61,863 nucleotides of DNA from positions 1 to 61,863 of the forward strand of contig DAHVRZ010000004.1 of NCBI GenBank assembly GCA_027324805.1. Reading direction: 5' to 3'. Below the pieces are notes generated by a model, which worked only from the letters and a program-made list of their open reading frames with translations, ran no database searches and had not been told where the DNA came from. The stretch comes from Candidatus Parcubacteria bacterium. Its GTDB lineage: Bacteria > Patescibacteriota > Minisyncoccia > UBA6257 > 2-01-FULL-56-20. Both the position numbers and the translations under genes were made by a program. Below are positions 25,570 through 36,524 of the stretch, in pieces (within the stretch, counting starts at the first letter, position 1; each line of letters opens with the position of its first letter).

Positions 25570-26700
25570 TTACAACTCTTTTTCCAGGTCTTCCAGAAGC
25601 TTCTTCGCCTTCGCCCCCGGCTTCTTCGGGGTTTTGATGATGAAATCCACAAGAAGGTCGCCGCGGCTGCCGCCTTCGGGCCCGTTCGCCCCGATCCTCG
25701 CCGAACCGAAGCGGGGCATTCCCTCATGCGGGATACGGAGGAGATCTTTCAGATTGAAATGGGAGGGTATTTCGATGTTTAGGGTAGCGCCGGAAATGGA
25801 CGGCACGGAAAGCGTTTTGCCAAGGAGGGCGTCCGTAAGTGGAAGCTCGAGCCGCACGACGAGATCGTTCCCGCGCCGCTCGAATACGGGATGCGGCTTC
25901 ACGCGCACGCGGACATAAAGGTCGCCCGCGGCCGTGCCGCGCTCGCCCGCCTCGCCCATGCCCTGGAGCTTGATGAGCTGGCCGTCTTCGATGCCCGGCA
26001 GCGTCTCGATCTTCGCCTCGCGATCCGATTCGATCCGTCCCGCCCCTTTGCACGCCGCGCACGGTTTCTTCGGCACCTCGCCCGCACCATGGCATTTGGT
26101 GCACGTCCTCACCTGCGAAAACGTCCCGAAGAACGTCCGACGCTGTTCACGGACCTGGCCTTGTCCATCGCACACGGCACACTTTTCGAAACCGCTGCCC
26201 GGTTCGGCTCCTTTGCCGCTGCATTTTGCGCATTGCGCGAACGTGCGGAACCGCAGCGTCTTCACGACGCCGCGGAACGCCTCTTCGAGCGTCACTTCTT
26301 CCCGAACCTCGAGATCCGATCCCTTCTCGTACGTCTTGCGACGCGGCCTCCCCCCCATCCCTTCGAAAATAGTTTCGAAAATATCGCCGAAATCGCCCGC
26401 ATCGCCGAACTGTGACGGATCGAATCCCATACCTCCCCAATTTACATTGGCGCCGTTCCATTGATTGCCGCCAAAACCGCCGAATCCCGCACCGGGCTCC
26501 GCAGTACCGAAACGGTCGTACTGCGCACGCTTCGTCTTATCGGACAGCACCTGATACGCCTCATTGATCTCCTTGAACTTCGTTTCATCGCCACCGGCCT
26601 TGTCGGGGTGATAGCGATGCGCGAGCGTACGGTATGCCTTTTTGATCTCCTCTTCCGAAGCTCCTTTTGAAACGCCCAATAGTTGATAGTAGTCCTTCAT
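25570..26700 (-). CDS. dnaJ: molecular chaperone DnaJ
   Basis: J domain with HPD (YHPDK), a G/F region, and four CxxCxG zinc-finger repeats. Confidence 0.95.
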   Translation of the reverse strand: MKDYYQLLGVSKGASEEEIKKAYRTLAHRYHPDKAGGDETKFKEINEAYQVLSDKTKRAQYDRFGTAEPGAGFGGFGGNQWNGANVNWGGMGFDPSQFGDAGDFGDIFETIFEGMGGRPRRKTYEKGSDLEVREEVTLEEAFRGVVKTLRFRTFAQCAKCSGKGAEPGSGFEKCAVCDGQGQVREQRRTFFGTFSQVRTCTKCHGAGEVPKKPCAACKGAGRIESDREAKIETLPGIEDGQLIKLQGMGEAGERGTAAGDLYVRVRVKPHPVFERRGNDLVVRLELPLTDALLGKTLSVPSISGATLNIEIPSHFNLKDLLRIPHEGMPRFGSARIGANGPEGGSRGDLLVDFIIKTPKKPGAKAKKLLEDLEKEL

Positions 26701-26764
26701 ATCGTTAATGGATGAAAATATCGGGACCCGGATGCCGGATCACGGATAATAATACAATGAAACG

Positions 26765-27808
26765 TCAAAAACCGATCACTTCACGCACATGCTCCTCTTC
26801 CTGTATCTTCATGAACCCCGTCGCAAGGAGAAGTTCATAGAACACGAGTGCAACGAACTCCTCGATCCAGACGAATACCACGCCGACACTTCGGAGCGCG
26901 ATGAAGATCACCGCGATCCAGCCGACGATGAACCATCCGCCGGCCTCGCTCTGCCATGCACCCGCCATCCCTTGGAGCACGCTGTAGAACGCATCGCTCG
27001 TGGGCGATGACGTCGCGACCGTAACGGAGGACGTCGCCGCGTTCTGCAGAAAACCCTGCTCAAACTGCGTGGTCTGTGCCGCGATGACGGCATTCTGCTG
27101 GTCGGGGTTCAGATTCTGGAAATTGGGGTTGTTCTTCAGCTCCATCCTCGCAACACTTTGGGAGAAGTTTCCGAACGAACCATTGAACGAAAGTTCCGGA
27201 TAGAACCCGTTCGCGACGCCCGAAGCCCAGTCGAAGAATGTCCCGAAACTCTTCTGGGACACCACAAGCGGATTGTTCCCCGCCTTCGGCGCATAGATGA
27301 GGATCATGAAAAGGAGCAGACCGGTCGTAAGCTTGCCGAGACCTTCGGCAGCAGTGCCGAAGAACGGAATCTCGATGCTGTTCGCAAGCCGCCTTCGCGC
27401 CGAGAAGTATCCCCATCCAAGGAACACGAGCACCACGGCCCACGTGACCGCGAGCACCCGCCAGTCCGCACGCCAGAAGAATCCAACGATGGCCGCCGAT
27501 TCAAGAAAGAGCACGAGCCAGGCGCGGAGCGTAGGCTCCGCGAGGAACACCTCGAGGACCGATACGGTCGAAAAGGCGACAAGCGAAGCCAGGAGCGCCC
27601 ACACCGGGAATCCCTTGGTAAGATAACCGTAATACGAAAGCCCGAACCATGCCGCAGTAAGCACCGCGAGCACGTCGAGCGTGAGCAGCTTGATCTTCGC
27701 CGCTCGCCGCGCGCTGATCGCCAGCCCGTTACGTTGCGGATTGATCAGGTGTTCCTCCGGCGTTGTCACCGTCGTTCGGCTGCCCGTGATCACTTCCCTC
27801 AGGTCCAT
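26765..27808 (-). CDS. hypothetical polytopic membrane protein inside the dnaK operon
   Basis: 347-aa ORF with at least 6 hydrophobic helices. The annotated ATG overlaps the dnaK 3' end by 80 nt, so the true start may be downstream. Confidence 0.55.
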   Translation of the reverse strand: MDLREVITGSRTTVTTPEEHLINPQRNGLAISARRAAKIKLLTLDVLAVLTAAWFGLSYYGYLTKGFPVWALLASLVAFSTVSVLEVFLAEPTLRAWLVLFLESAAIVGFFWRADWRVLAVTWAVVLVFLGWGYFSARRRLANSIEIPFFGTAAEGLGKLTTGLLLFMILIYAPKAGNNPLVVSQKSFGTFFDWASGVANGFYPELSFNGSFGNFSQSVARMELKNNPNFQNLNPDQQNAVIAAQTTQFEQGFLQNAATSSVTVATSSPTSDAFYSVLQGMAGAWQSEAGGWFIVGWIAVIFIALRSVGVVFVWIEEFVALVFYELLLATGFMKIQEEEHVREVIGF

Positions 27809-29672
27809 TCTGAGTATTATACGCCGCCTGACCTATTTTTTGAATCTCCTCCGAAAGCGCGGCGGTTGCGGACTCGATCGCCGTCTTGTCGTCACCGTCC
27901 TTCACTTTCTTGAGATCGTCGATCTTCGCCTGCACGCCGCTCCTTATATCTGCTGCGAGCTTGTCGCCGGCATCGCGCAGGGATTTCTCCGCAAGATAAA
28001 CGAGTGATTCTGCCTGGTTGCGCGTCTCGATGAGTTCTTTTTTCTTTTCATCCTCGGCGGCATGCTCGGCAGCTTCCTTCTTGAGACGCTCCACCTCGTC
28101 CTTCGAAAGGTTTGTGGAAGCCTCGATCTTCACCGACTGCGACTTGCCGCTCGCCTTGTCCTTCGCGGAGACATTAAGAATGCCGTTTGCATCGATGTCG
28201 AACGTCACTTCGATCTGCGGAATACCGCGGGGCGAGGGAGGGATACCGTCCAAAATGAACCGCGCAAGCGTCTTATTGTCGGTCGCCATCGGACGTTCGC
28301 CCTGAAGCACATGGACCTCGACCGAGGTCTGATTGTCGGCCGCCGTCGAGAAGGTCTGCGTTTTCGCCGTCGGTACGGTCGTATTCTTGGGAATCATGGG
28401 TGTCGCAACGCCGCCGTACGTTTCGATGGCGAGCGAAAGAGGGGTGACATCCAAAAGCAAAATATCTTTCACCTCTCCTTCCGTCTTGCGTCCCTCCGCC
28501 TTGGCTGCGAGGATCTCCCCTTGGATGCCGGCGCCGAGCGCCACTACTTCATCAGGATTGATGCCTTTGTGCGGTTCCTTGCCGAAAAGCTTTGCGACGG
28601 CATTCTGCATCGCGGGCATGCGCGTCTGGCCGCCCACGAGGATCACCTCGTCGATCTCCGAGAGCTGATAACCGGCGCCCTTCGGCGCAGGCAGGGTCAC
28701 CGTTTCCTGGGTGAGCTTGACCGAAAGGTCGATGTACTCCTGCACGAGCGACTCGAGCTTCGCACGTGAAAGCTTCATCTGGAAATGCTTCGGTCCGTTG
28801 GCATCGGACGTTATGTACGGAAGATTGATCTCCGTCTCGAGTGCGGTCGAAAGCTCATGCTTCGCGCGTTCCGCCGCCTCCTTCAGACGCTGGAGCGCGA
28901 GCGGATCTTTCGAAATGTCGATGCCGTCCTGTTTTTTGTATTCGTCGACGAGAAATTCCTGTATCTTCTTGTCGAAGTCGTCGCCGCCGAGATGCGTATC
29001 GCCGCCCGTCGCGCGGACCTCGACCGTCTGCTCTTTCGTATCGGGATCGTAGCCCATCTCGAGCACCGAGATATCGAACGTACCGCCGCCGAAATCGTAA
29101 ACGACGATCTTCTGGTTCTTCGCGGTATTCAAGCCGTACGCGAACGCCGCCGCCGTCGGCTCGTTCAGGATGCGATCCACCTTCAAACCGGCGATCTCGC
29201 CGGCATTCTTGGTGGCCTGACGCTGGGAATCATCGAAATATGCGGGTACGGTGATCACCGCTTCATCCACCTTTTCGCCAAGACGAGCCTCCGCATCGGC
29301 CTTCAGCTTCGAAAGGATCATGGCGGAAATCTCCTCCGGTGAATACCATTTGTCACCCATCTTCACCTGCACGCTGCCGTTCGGACCCTCCTGTACATCG
29401 TACGGAAGCCACGCCTTGTCGCGCTGGACCTCCGGGTCGTCCCATTTGCGTCCGATGAGCCGCTTCACGGAGAAAATGGTGTTCTTCGGATTCGTGACCG
29501 ATTGCCGCTTCGCGAGCAGGCCGACGAGCCGTTCGCCGCTCTTCGAAAGCGCGACGATGGACGGCGTCGTGCGGTTGCCTTCGCTGTTCTCGAGGATCTG
29601 CAGCTCGCCGTTCTTCATGACGGCGACCGCACTGTTCGTGGTTCCAAGATCAATGCCGATTATCTTTGCCAT
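27729..29672 (-). CDS. dnaK: molecular chaperone DnaK
   Basis: [18 protein letters not shown] and [11 protein letters not shown] signatures. Confidence 0.97.
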   Translation of the reverse strand: MAKIIGIDLGTTNSAVAVMKNGELQILENSEGNRTTPSIVALSKSGERLVGLLAKRQSVTNPKNTIFSVKRLIGRKWDDPEVQRDKAWLPYDVQEGPNGSVQVKMGDKWYSPEEISAMILSKLKADAEARLGEKVDEAVITVPAYFDDSQRQATKNAGEIAGLKVDRILNEPTAAAFAYGLNTAKNQKIVVYDFGGGTFDISVLEMGYDPDTKEQTVEVRATGGDTHLGGDDFDKKIQEFLVDEYKKQDGIDISKDPLALQRLKEAAERAKHELSTALETEINLPYITSDANGPKHFQMKLSRAKLESLVQEYIDLSVKLTQETVTLPAPKGAGYQLSEIDEVILVGGQTRMPAMQNAVAKLFGKEPHKGINPDEVVALGAGIQGEILAAKAEGRKTEGEVKDILLLDVTPLSLAIETYGGVATPMIPKNTTVPTAKTQTFSTAADNQTSVEVHVLQGERPMATDNKTLARFILDGIPPSPRGIPQIEVTFDIDANGILNVSAKDKASGKSQSVKIEASTNLSKDEVERLKKEAAEHAAEDEKKKELIETRNQAESLVYLAEKSLRDAGDKLAADIRSGVQAKIDDLKKVKDGDDKTAIESATAALSEEIQKIGQAAYNTQNGPEGSDHGQPNDGDNAGGTPDQSAT

Positions 29673-29732
29673 GGTTTTTATTTTATGTGTTGGATTTATT
29701 CTCGATTTTTATCTGAAGCATGATGGTTATCT

Positions 29733-30263
29733 TCAGCCGTGATCCTTGCTTACGATCACCCTTGCCGGCCTCAGCACCTTTTCATACAACCGATAGCCGG
29801 GCTCTATCTCCTCGACGATCGTTCCCGGCGGATAGTCGGATTCGATGGCCGAAAGCGCTTCCGCGACCGCAGGGTCGAAATGGTCGCCGGGATTGATCGC
29901 GATCCGCTCGAGCCCCCGCTTCTTCAAGACATCTTCTATCTGAGTGCGGATGATATAAATGCCTTTCTCCACGGGACCTTCCTTCTCGAGCGTGCGCAGT
30001 GCAAGGTCGAAATTGTCCATAATGCCGATAAGCTCCCTCACCATGTCCGCATTACCATACCGCGAAACATCCTCAAGGTGGCGCAACTCTTCCTTCTTAT
30101 AATTGAGAAAGTCCGCCTTCGCGCGCTGCCAGCCCGCGAGATATTCGTCGCGCTGCCTCTCCGCCTCGGCAAGCTTCATCACGAGTTCATCCTGCTCCCG
30201 TGAGGGTGCGGGCGGAACGCCGCCGCCTTGCTCCTCCATGCTACTGTTCATTGATTCATCCAT
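29733..30263 (-). CDS. grpE: nucleotide exchange factor GrpE
   Basis: YLAGWQRAKADFLNYKKE and FDPAVAEALS motifs. Confidence 0.9.
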   Translation of the reverse strand: MDESMNSSMEEQGGGVPPAPSREQDELVMKLAEAERQRDEYLAGWQRAKADFLNYKKEELRHLEDVSRYGNADMVRELIGIMDNFDLALRTLEKEGPVEKGIYIIRTQIEDVLKKRGLERIAINPGDHFDPAVAEALSAIESDYPPGTIVEEIEPGYRLYEKVLRPARVIVSKDHG

Positions 30264-30283
30264 GATCGTTGTATGAAATTCGA

Positions 30284-30979
30284 TTAAAGTTCTCTTAATA
30301 TTCGTATGACCTTTTTATAATCCATCCGTTTTGGTCCGATGGCGAAGACCGAGACGATGACGCCGTCCCCCGCATCGTAATTGCCGCCGACGACGGACAG
30401 TTCGTCGCTCCGCGTGACGGGGCTCTTGCGGCCGATGAAAACATGCGGCCCCGCCCCGATCTTCTGCGCCGCCGCGGAAACGCGTCCATCCACATCTTCA
30501 AAGTCACGTATCACCGAACGGATACCTTCGCGATCCTGCCAATCGAGCCGCGTAACAAGCGCTTCAAGGCCCGATTTATAGATCTCCTCGCGAGCGCAAT
30601 CGGCGACGACGCTCAAAAGACCAAGCTCTCCCTGGAGCCTCGCCAAAAGATCAGGCCATGCCCGCTCTTCGAGGAGGTCGTGAAGCGTCGCTGCACGGGC
30701 GGCATTCTCGCGGGCACGCTCGCGCGCATCACGCGCCGCGTTTCCGAGAAGACGCGCCGCAAAGAACTCGTAGCCCGCATTCGTCGGCACGCGGCCGGCC
30801 GAATGGTGCGGTTGTACGAGATAGCCTGCATCCTCGAGCGCATCGAGCTCGAGCCGGATCATTGCCGGTTTGATCCCGAACTCGTATTTTTCGTACAACA
30901 ACCCGGAACTCACCGGTTCTCCCGCCGAAATGAATTCCTGTACTGCCGCTTCGAGTATCTCCGCCGTCCTGTCGGTCAT
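30284..30979 (-). CDS. hrcA: heat-inducible transcription repressor HrcA (short form)
   Basis: N-terminal winged-helix pattern EPVSSGLL...LDALEDAGYLVQPHHSAGRVPT. First gene of hrcA-grpE-dnaK, with CIRCE upstream. About 230 aa, against about 340 aa in typical HrcA. Confidence 0.8.
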   Translation of the reverse strand: MTDRTAEILEAAVQEFISAGEPVSSGLLYEKYEFGIKPAMIRLELDALEDAGYLVQPHHSAGRVPTNAGYEFFAARLLGNAARDARERARENAARAATLHDLLEERAWPDLLARLQGELGLLSVVADCAREEIYKSGLEALVTRLDWQDREGIRSVIRDFEDVDGRVSAAAQKIGAGPHVFIGRKSPVTRSDELSVVGGNYDAGDGVIVSVFAIGPKRMDYKKVIRILREL

Positions 30980-30999
30980 CGCAATAAATTATATGCCTG

Positions 31000-31026
31000 T
31001 TAGCAGTCGAGTCAAGTGAGTGCCAA
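31000..31026 (-). promoter_or_regulatory. CIRCE operator overlapping the hrcA promoter
   Basis: The minus strand reads TTGGCACTC-N9-GACTGCTAA (consensus TTAGCACTC-N9-GAGTGCTAA). TATAAT at 30988-30993 lies 6 nt downstream. Confidence 0.7.
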
Positions 31027-31121
31027 ACACGCCCGTTATTCGAATAAAAAAGAAAAAGCGGCCAAGTGGGGTTCCTGGCCGCTGCAAAGGGATTGAAGGA
31101 GGATTATGGTGGGAACATCTG

Positions 31122-31565
31122 TCAGACGACGTTGATGCCCATACGAACGACGAAATCGGCACTGAAGGCGCTCGCGGCCCACGAGCTGGTGAGCGCGGCG
31201 ACGGCGAGCGGTGAAACGGCGGTGAGCTTCTCAAAGCGTACTTTGTGCGGCTTCTCCCAGAAGCCGTGAGGCATGGATTTCAATTGATGCAGAAGCAGTC
31301 CCCGCTCGAGCTCTGTGAGGGCCATAACGCGCTCCCATAGCTCCATGCCCGCGATCGCACCTTCGCGATACGCGGCGCACTCGAGCCTTGCGGGATCGGC
31401 GGTTTTGAAGTAGCCGCCATGGACCCCCATGGCGAACTGCGGGTGTTGCATCTTTTGACCCAACAACTTGAAGACAATGGGCATCTCCATATCCTTGTTG
31501 ACGGCAACATGGCTGGCGACGCACTGTTTGGCGCAACGCTTCGTGGCGACACAACCTATTTCCAT
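31122..31565 (-). CDS. hypothetical protein
   Basis: 147-aa ORF with AGGAGG 8 nt upstream of the ATG. It has an N-terminal Cys cluster (CVATKRCAKQC) and no recognised family. Confidence 0.6.
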   Translation of the reverse strand: MEIGCVATKRCAKQCVASHVAVNKDMEMPIVFKLLGQKMQHPQFAMGVHGGYFKTADPARLECAAYREGAIAGMELWERVMALTELERGLLLHQLKSMPHGFWEKPHKVRFEKLTAVSPLAVAALTSSWAASAFSADFVVRMGINVV

Positions 31566-31689
31566 TATTGTTCCCCTCCTGGAAATTGACGATACTTACC
31601 TAAAAAAACTATACCATAACCGCCAAGAAGGTAAAGGGGACCTCTTTTCCCCAGGATCCCGCGCAAGAGCCATATGCTAAAATGGAACC

Positions 31690-32571
31690 ATGGAGATAAA
31701 GAAGGGCAAGAATATCCGCTGGATCGATGCCGAACGCCCGACGGAAAAGGATATCGCCTGGCTCGGCAAAGAGTTCGGCCTTCATCCCATTATCCTCGAC
31801 GAGCTCAAAGGCCCGTCGGCGCGCGGACGCGTGGAAGCGTATAAGGACTATCTTTATTTCATCTATTATTTCCCCCTTTACGACAAAGAGGATGAAGCGT
31901 CGGTGCGCACTGAAATAGACTTCATCGTCACGAAGGACACCGTCGTCACGGTCCACTATGAACCGATCCGCGACGCGATGGACGGATTCGATCTCGCCGG
32001 ATACGATTCGTCGCTTACCCTCATGTACAAATTGATAGAAAATCTCGTCTCGTTCCAGGAACGCCAGCTCCGCCACATCCGCGAGAAAGTGGAGGCTGTC
32101 GGCCGGGAGATATTCAAAGACCGCGAGCGTGAGGTGCTCCAGCAGGTCACCTACCTCAAGCGCGACGTTTCGGAATACCGCATCATCGTGCGTGCGCAGG
32201 AGCCGATCCTCCGATCGCTCCTCATTAAGGGGAAAAAGCTGTGGGGCGCGGGCGCCGAAATCTATCTGAACGATCTCATGGGCGACCAGCTCAAAGTGGT
32301 GAACCAGATCGACGATTACCGCGAGGCGATCAGCGACTTCGAGGATACGAACAACCAGCTGATGAATCTCAAGATCAATACCGCCATGAAGACGTTCACG
32401 TCGCTCTCATTCCTCACATTCCCGTTCATGCTCATTGCCGCGATCTTCAGTATGGACACGCGCGACACGCCGATCGTAGGCCTCCCCTACGGATTCTGGA
32501 TCATCTTCGGCATCATCGTCACGGGCATGGCATTCATGGCGATCTATTTCAAAAAGAAAGGCTGGTTCTGA
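31690..32571 (+). CDS. corA: CorA-like divalent cation transporter with a non-canonical pore motif
   Basis: CorA-type cytoplasmic domain, two C-terminal TM helices and a KKKGWF tail. The GMN position reads SMD (32449-32457). Confidence 0.75.
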   Translation: MEIKKGKNIRWIDAERPTEKDIAWLGKEFGLHPIILDELKGPSARGRVEAYKDYLYFIYYFPLYDKEDEASVRTEIDFIVTKDTVVTVHYEPIRDAMDGFDLAGYDSSLTLMYKLIENLVSFQERQLRHIREKVEAVGREIFKDREREVLQQVTYLKRDVSEYRIIVRAQEPILRSLLIKGKKLWGAGAEIYLNDLMGDQLKVVNQIDDYREAISDFEDTNNQLMNLKINTAMKTFTSLSFLTFPFMLIAAIFSMDTRDTPIVGLPYGFWIIFGIIVTGMAFMAIYFKKKGWF

Positions 32572-32672
32572 AGGATGCGAAGCGGATTGACTCGGAAGCC
32601 CTCCATAGGTATTGTATAGACAGAAACCGCACGGCACGCACGGATAGAATCCCTATAAGAGAGGACTCCATT

Positions 32673-33050
32673 ATGATGGCGCTGTTCGAAACCGCAGACT
32701 CCACGGAAGCTCTGCTGCAACTGTTCTACGTCGCGCAGGGGAAAAACGAAACCGGCCCGAGACCGGACCAGCTCCTCGCGGTGGTCCAGGAATACGCCCA
32801 CGATCATCCGCAGGGACATCCTTTCACCGCCTATTTTGATGGGCGGGAAATGATATGTCCGCTCTGTCGCTGCCTTCCGTCCCCCTTCGTTGGCGACCTC
32901 AGGAAGCTCATCTCCGAGGAGCTCATCGCCATCCGGGACAACGGATGCGTCGAGGTGACCGTGCTGGGCGCCTGCCTCGCATACGTCCGCAAGCTCCCCA
33001 ACTCCCTTATGGAGCTGGAAGAGCGCACGGGACGCCTCGCGTCGAGCTGA
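32673..33050 (+). CDS. hypothetical protein
   Basis: 125-aa ORF (MMALFETAD...) preceded by AGAGAGGA and followed by a terminator. The longer track ORF upstream has Arg/His-rich junk composition. Confidence 0.5.
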   Translation: MMALFETADSTEALLQLFYVAQGKNETGPRPDQLLAVVQEYAHDHPQGHPFTAYFDGREMICPLCRCLPSPFVGDLRKLISEELIAIRDNGCVEVTVLGACLAYVRKLPNSLMELEERTGRLASS

Positions 33051-33086
33051 TCGCCCTTCCGAAGCCCGGCCGGGCAAAAGATCCCT

Positions 33087-33118
33087 AATGCCTCCGCAAT
33101 ATCAGGAGGCATTTTTTA
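33087..33118 (+). terminator. rho-independent terminator
   Basis: aatgcctcc-8 nt-ggaggcatt followed by TTTTT. Confidence 0.7.
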
Positions 33119-33134
33119 TTGGTATAATGGCCTT

Positions 33135-34505
33135 ATGCTTTCCCTCTATAATTCGCTCTCGAGAAGCGAGGAGCCCCTACCGGATCAGAAGAAGATACGG
33201 CTTTTCGTATGCGGCCCGACAGTATACGACTACCTGCACTTGGGCAACGCCCGCACCTATGTCTTCTTCGATTTCTTCGCCAAATTCCTCCGCGCGCGCG
33301 GATACGACGTCGATTACCTCCAAAACATAACCGATGTGGACGACAAGATCATCGCACGGGCGATGACCGACGGCACAAGCACGGACAAAGTCGCACGATT
33401 CTTCACGGATGCATACTTCGAGGACATGGAAGCGCTCGGCGTGGATGCCGTTTCGACCTATGCTCCGGCGACGCAGTTCATCTCCCAGATCGTCGCACAA
33501 GTGGAGCGCCTTATCGATAAGGGCTTCGCGTACAAGATCGAAGGAGATGGCTGGTATTTTGATATTGCAAAGGATCCGGAATACGGCAAGCTCTCCGGCC
33601 GCACCGCCGCACAGGCGGAGGACGGTGTGTCGCGCATCGACGACTCGATCGGCAAGCGCAACAAAGGGGACTTCTGCCTTTGGAAATTCACGCAGACTTC
33701 TCTCTCGGACTTCGAACCCCGTTGGCCGTCGTCGCTCGGCCCCGGACGGCCGGGCTGGCACATTGAGGATACCGCGATCAGCGAATTCCATTTTGGTCCT
33801 CAGTACGAGATCCATGGCGGCGGCGTGGACCTCAAATTTCCCCATCACGAGGCGGAGATCGCCCAGCAGGAATCGGCATCGGGACTCGAACCTTTCGTGC
33901 GGATATGGATGCACACGGGTGCGCTCACCGTGGAGGGGAAGAAGATGTCGAAGAGCGCGGGCAACTTCGTGACCATTCGCGACTTTCTGGAAAAGGAGGG
34001 TCGGCACGCCACTGCGCTTCTCCGATGGATGGCATTCTCCCACCACTACCGTTCCCCCTTTGATTTCTCGGAACGCGCGCTTGCCCAGGCGAAAAAGGAA
34101 CTTGAAACGCTCTATACCCGACACATGGAGCTTCATGGTTGCACGCCGGAAGATGTTCCCGCGGAATGGATGGCACGCTTTAACGACGCGCTTAACGATG
34201 ACCTCAATACCCCGAAGGCCCTTTCGGTACTTATGGAGGCGACGAAAGGCGGCACGATGGCGCCCGGCGCAAAGCTTATGCTGTTTTCCTTGTTTGACAC
34301 GACATTCGGCTTCGATATCGGGAAAACCGCATCTCTTACCGATGCGATATCCGAGGAAATAACGGGAAAATTCGAGGAATATAAGACATCCCGAAGCAAT
34401 AAACAGTTTGTCCAGTCCGATGCCTTGAGAAAAGAACTGGAAGGGTTAGGATATGAAGTAAGAGATACGGAAGACGGTTCGATGATCGTAAAGAAGTTTT
34501 TTTAG
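33135..34505 (+). CDS. cysS: cysteine--tRNA ligase
   Basis: HLGNARTY (HIGH-type) and KMSKS motifs. TGgTATAAT ends 6 nt before the ATG. Confidence 0.95.
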   Translation: MLSLYNSLSRSEEPLPDQKKIRLFVCGPTVYDYLHLGNARTYVFFDFFAKFLRARGYDVDYLQNITDVDDKIIARAMTDGTSTDKVARFFTDAYFEDMEALGVDAVSTYAPATQFISQIVAQVERLIDKGFAYKIEGDGWYFDIAKDPEYGKLSGRTAAQAEDGVSRIDDSIGKRNKGDFCLWKFTQTSLSDFEPRWPSSLGPGRPGWHIEDTAISEFHFGPQYEIHGGGVDLKFPHHEAEIAQQESASGLEPFVRIWMHTGALTVEGKKMSKSAGNFVTIRDFLEKEGRHATALLRWMAFSHHYRSPFDFSERALAQAKKELETLYTRHMELHGCTPEDVPAEWMARFNDALNDDLNTPKALSVLMEATKGGTMAPGAKLMLFSLFDTTFGFDIGKTASLTDAISEEITGKFEEYKTSRSNKQFVQSDALRKELEGLGYEVRDTEDGSMIVKKFF

Positions 34506-34548
34506 GCTTTAAGGATATCTCCTGCAGAATCCCCATCAAAACAAACCA

Positions 34549-35922
34549 ATGTCCCCATCGATATCGAAACAGTCTTCCGCAAAAATCCCGCCGCAGAACA
34601 TAGAGGCCGAGCAGACGGTCCTCGGCGCGGTACTCATCGACAAGAACGCCATCTTCAGCGTGGCCGACATTCTCCTGCCCGAAGATTTCTATTCGCCTCA
34701 GCACGAGAAGATCTACCGGGGCGCCCTTTCGCTATACGAAAAACGCCAGCCGATCGACGTGCTCTCCCTTACCACATTCCTCAAAGAGCGCGATGCGCTG
34801 ACCGACGTCGGCGGTTCCACCTATCTCGCGGAACTCACGAATAGGGTTTCTTCCGCCTCGCACGTCCAGCATTATGCGCAGATCGTGAAACAAAAGAAGA
34901 TCATGCGCGACCTCGTGAAGGCCTCCGCGGAGATCGCCGAAGAGGTGTTCCGCACGAAAGGCGGCGACGTCGAGGACCTGCTCGACGAGGTGGAGCAGAA
35001 GATACTTTCCATTTCCCAAAAATCCCTCCCGCAGAACTTTGTGGCGCTCAAGGACGACCTCTCAACCGCGATCGAGCGCATCGCGAAACTCCACGATGGC
35101 GGCGGCAAACTCCGCGGCGTGCCGACCGGATTCCCCGAGCTCGACCAGACGCTTTCAGGTCTCCAGCAATCGGAGCTTGTCATCCTTGGCGCGCGCCCGT
35201 CGGTCGGCAAGACGTCGCTCGCACTCGACATCGCGCGCAATGCCGCAAAGGCGGGCAACACGGTCGGCGTCTTCTCGCTTGAAATGTCGCGCGAACAGCT
35301 CCAGGACCGCATCATCGCCGCCGAGTCGCAGGTGCCTCTCTGGAACATCCTTACCGGCCGCATCTCGAACGATCAGGAGTTCGGCATGATTCAGGGAGCC
35401 CTCGACCGGCTCTCCGACTCCACTATCTATATAGACGATTCGCCGTCGCTCACGGTATTGCAGATGCGCTCCATGGCGCGGCGTCTCCAGGTGGAACACG
35501 GGCTCGACCTCCTTGTGGTCGATTACCTCCAGCTCATCAAACCGCGCATCTCGAGCGATAATATGGTGAATATGATCACCGAAATCTCCCGCGGTCTGAA
35601 GGCGCTTGCGCGCGAACTTAAAGTCCCGGTACTCGCACTTTCCCAGCTCTCGCGCGGTCTCGAACAGCGCGACCACAAAGTTCCCCGCCTTTCCGATCTG
35701 CGTGACTCCGGTTCTATCGAACAGGACGCCGACGTCGTCATGTTCATCTACCGCGACGAACGCAACCCGAACGACACCTCCGGCCCGCAGGACAATATTG
35801 TGCATCTCCGCATCGCAAAACACCGCAATGGTCCGCTGAAGGATATGGATTTCTTCTTTGACGGTGAACGCGCCACGTTCCGCGCACTCGAAAAGCGATA
35901 CGAGGAGCTTCCGGCGCTATGA
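34549..35922 (+). CDS. dnaB: replicative DNA helicase DnaB
   Basis: PPQNIEAEQTVLGAVL N-terminus, Walker A GARPSVGKT, DYLQL and QLSR motifs. Confidence 0.95.
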   Translation: MSPSISKQSSAKIPPQNIEAEQTVLGAVLIDKNAIFSVADILLPEDFYSPQHEKIYRGALSLYEKRQPIDVLSLTTFLKERDALTDVGGSTYLAELTNRVSSASHVQHYAQIVKQKKIMRDLVKASAEIAEEVFRTKGGDVEDLLDEVEQKILSISQKSLPQNFVALKDDLSTAIERIAKLHDGGGKLRGVPTGFPELDQTLSGLQQSELVILGARPSVGKTSLALDIARNAAKAGNTVGVFSLEMSREQLQDRIIAAESQVPLWNILTGRISNDQEFGMIQGALDRLSDSTIYIDDSPSLTVLQMRSMARRLQVEHGLDLLVVDYLQLIKPRISSDNMVNMITEISRGLKALARELKVPVLALSQLSRGLEQRDHKVPRLSDLRDSGSIEQDADVVMFIYRDERNPNDTSGPQDNIVHLRIAKHRNGPLKDMDFFFDGERATFRALEKRYEELPAL

Positions 35923-36524
35923 TGAAGCTTCCCGATCCGGTGCAGAAAGTGGTGGATAATCTCGCCGAACTCCCCTCGATAGGTCCGCGACAGGCGGTAC
36001 GTCTTGCGTTCTATCTCATCAACGAAGGGCCGGAGGACCTAAAGGCGCTCTCGGAAAGCGTCGCTGGTCTTGCGAAGATAAAGGTTTGCACGCGCTGCTA
36101 TTTCATCCATCAGAACGAAGGCGGCCTCTGCGATATCTGCGCAAACCCGGCGCGCAACACAAGAATCATTATGGTGGTGGAAAAGGAGACCGACCTCTTG
36201 TCGTTGGAAAACACCAAAAAATATACCGGCCGCTATTTCATAATCGGGCAGGTGCCGAAGACGGGGTTCCTCGAGCCATGGCAGAAAATACGCATCGCAT
36301 CACTCGCAAAATCCGTAAAAGAGGAACTTGGCGGCCAGGCGGACGAGATCATCCTCGCTTTTAATCCTACAACCCTCGGCGATTTCCAGTCATCGCTCCT
36401 CATGAAGGAACTCGCCTCCCTCGCGAAGCGCGTGAGCCGTCTCGGACGCGGCCTTCCGACCGGCGGCGAGATAGAGTTCTCCGACGACGAAACTCTCGGC
36501 GCCTCATTGGAACGCCGTTCATAA
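35919..36524 (+). CDS. recR: recombination protein RecR
   Basis: LPSIGPRQAVRLAF HhH motif, C4 zinc finger (CTRC...CDIC) and Toprim domain. ATGA overlap with dnaB. Confidence 0.95.
   Translation: MMKLPDPVQKVVDNLAELPSIGPRQAVRLAFYLINEGPEDLKALSESVAGLAKIKVCTRCYFIHQNEGGLCDICANPARNTRIIMVVEKETDLLSLENTKKYTGRYFIIGQVPKTGFLEPWQKIRIASLAKSVKEELGGQADEIILAFNPTTLGDFQSSLLMKELASLAKRVSRLGRGLPTGGEIEFSDDETLGASLERRS

Noticed and set aside
31609-32076. 155-aa minus ORF
   Set aside because: It is antisense to the 5' half of the CorA-like gene.
33177-34136. 319-aa minus-strand ORF
   Set aside because: It is antisense to cysS.
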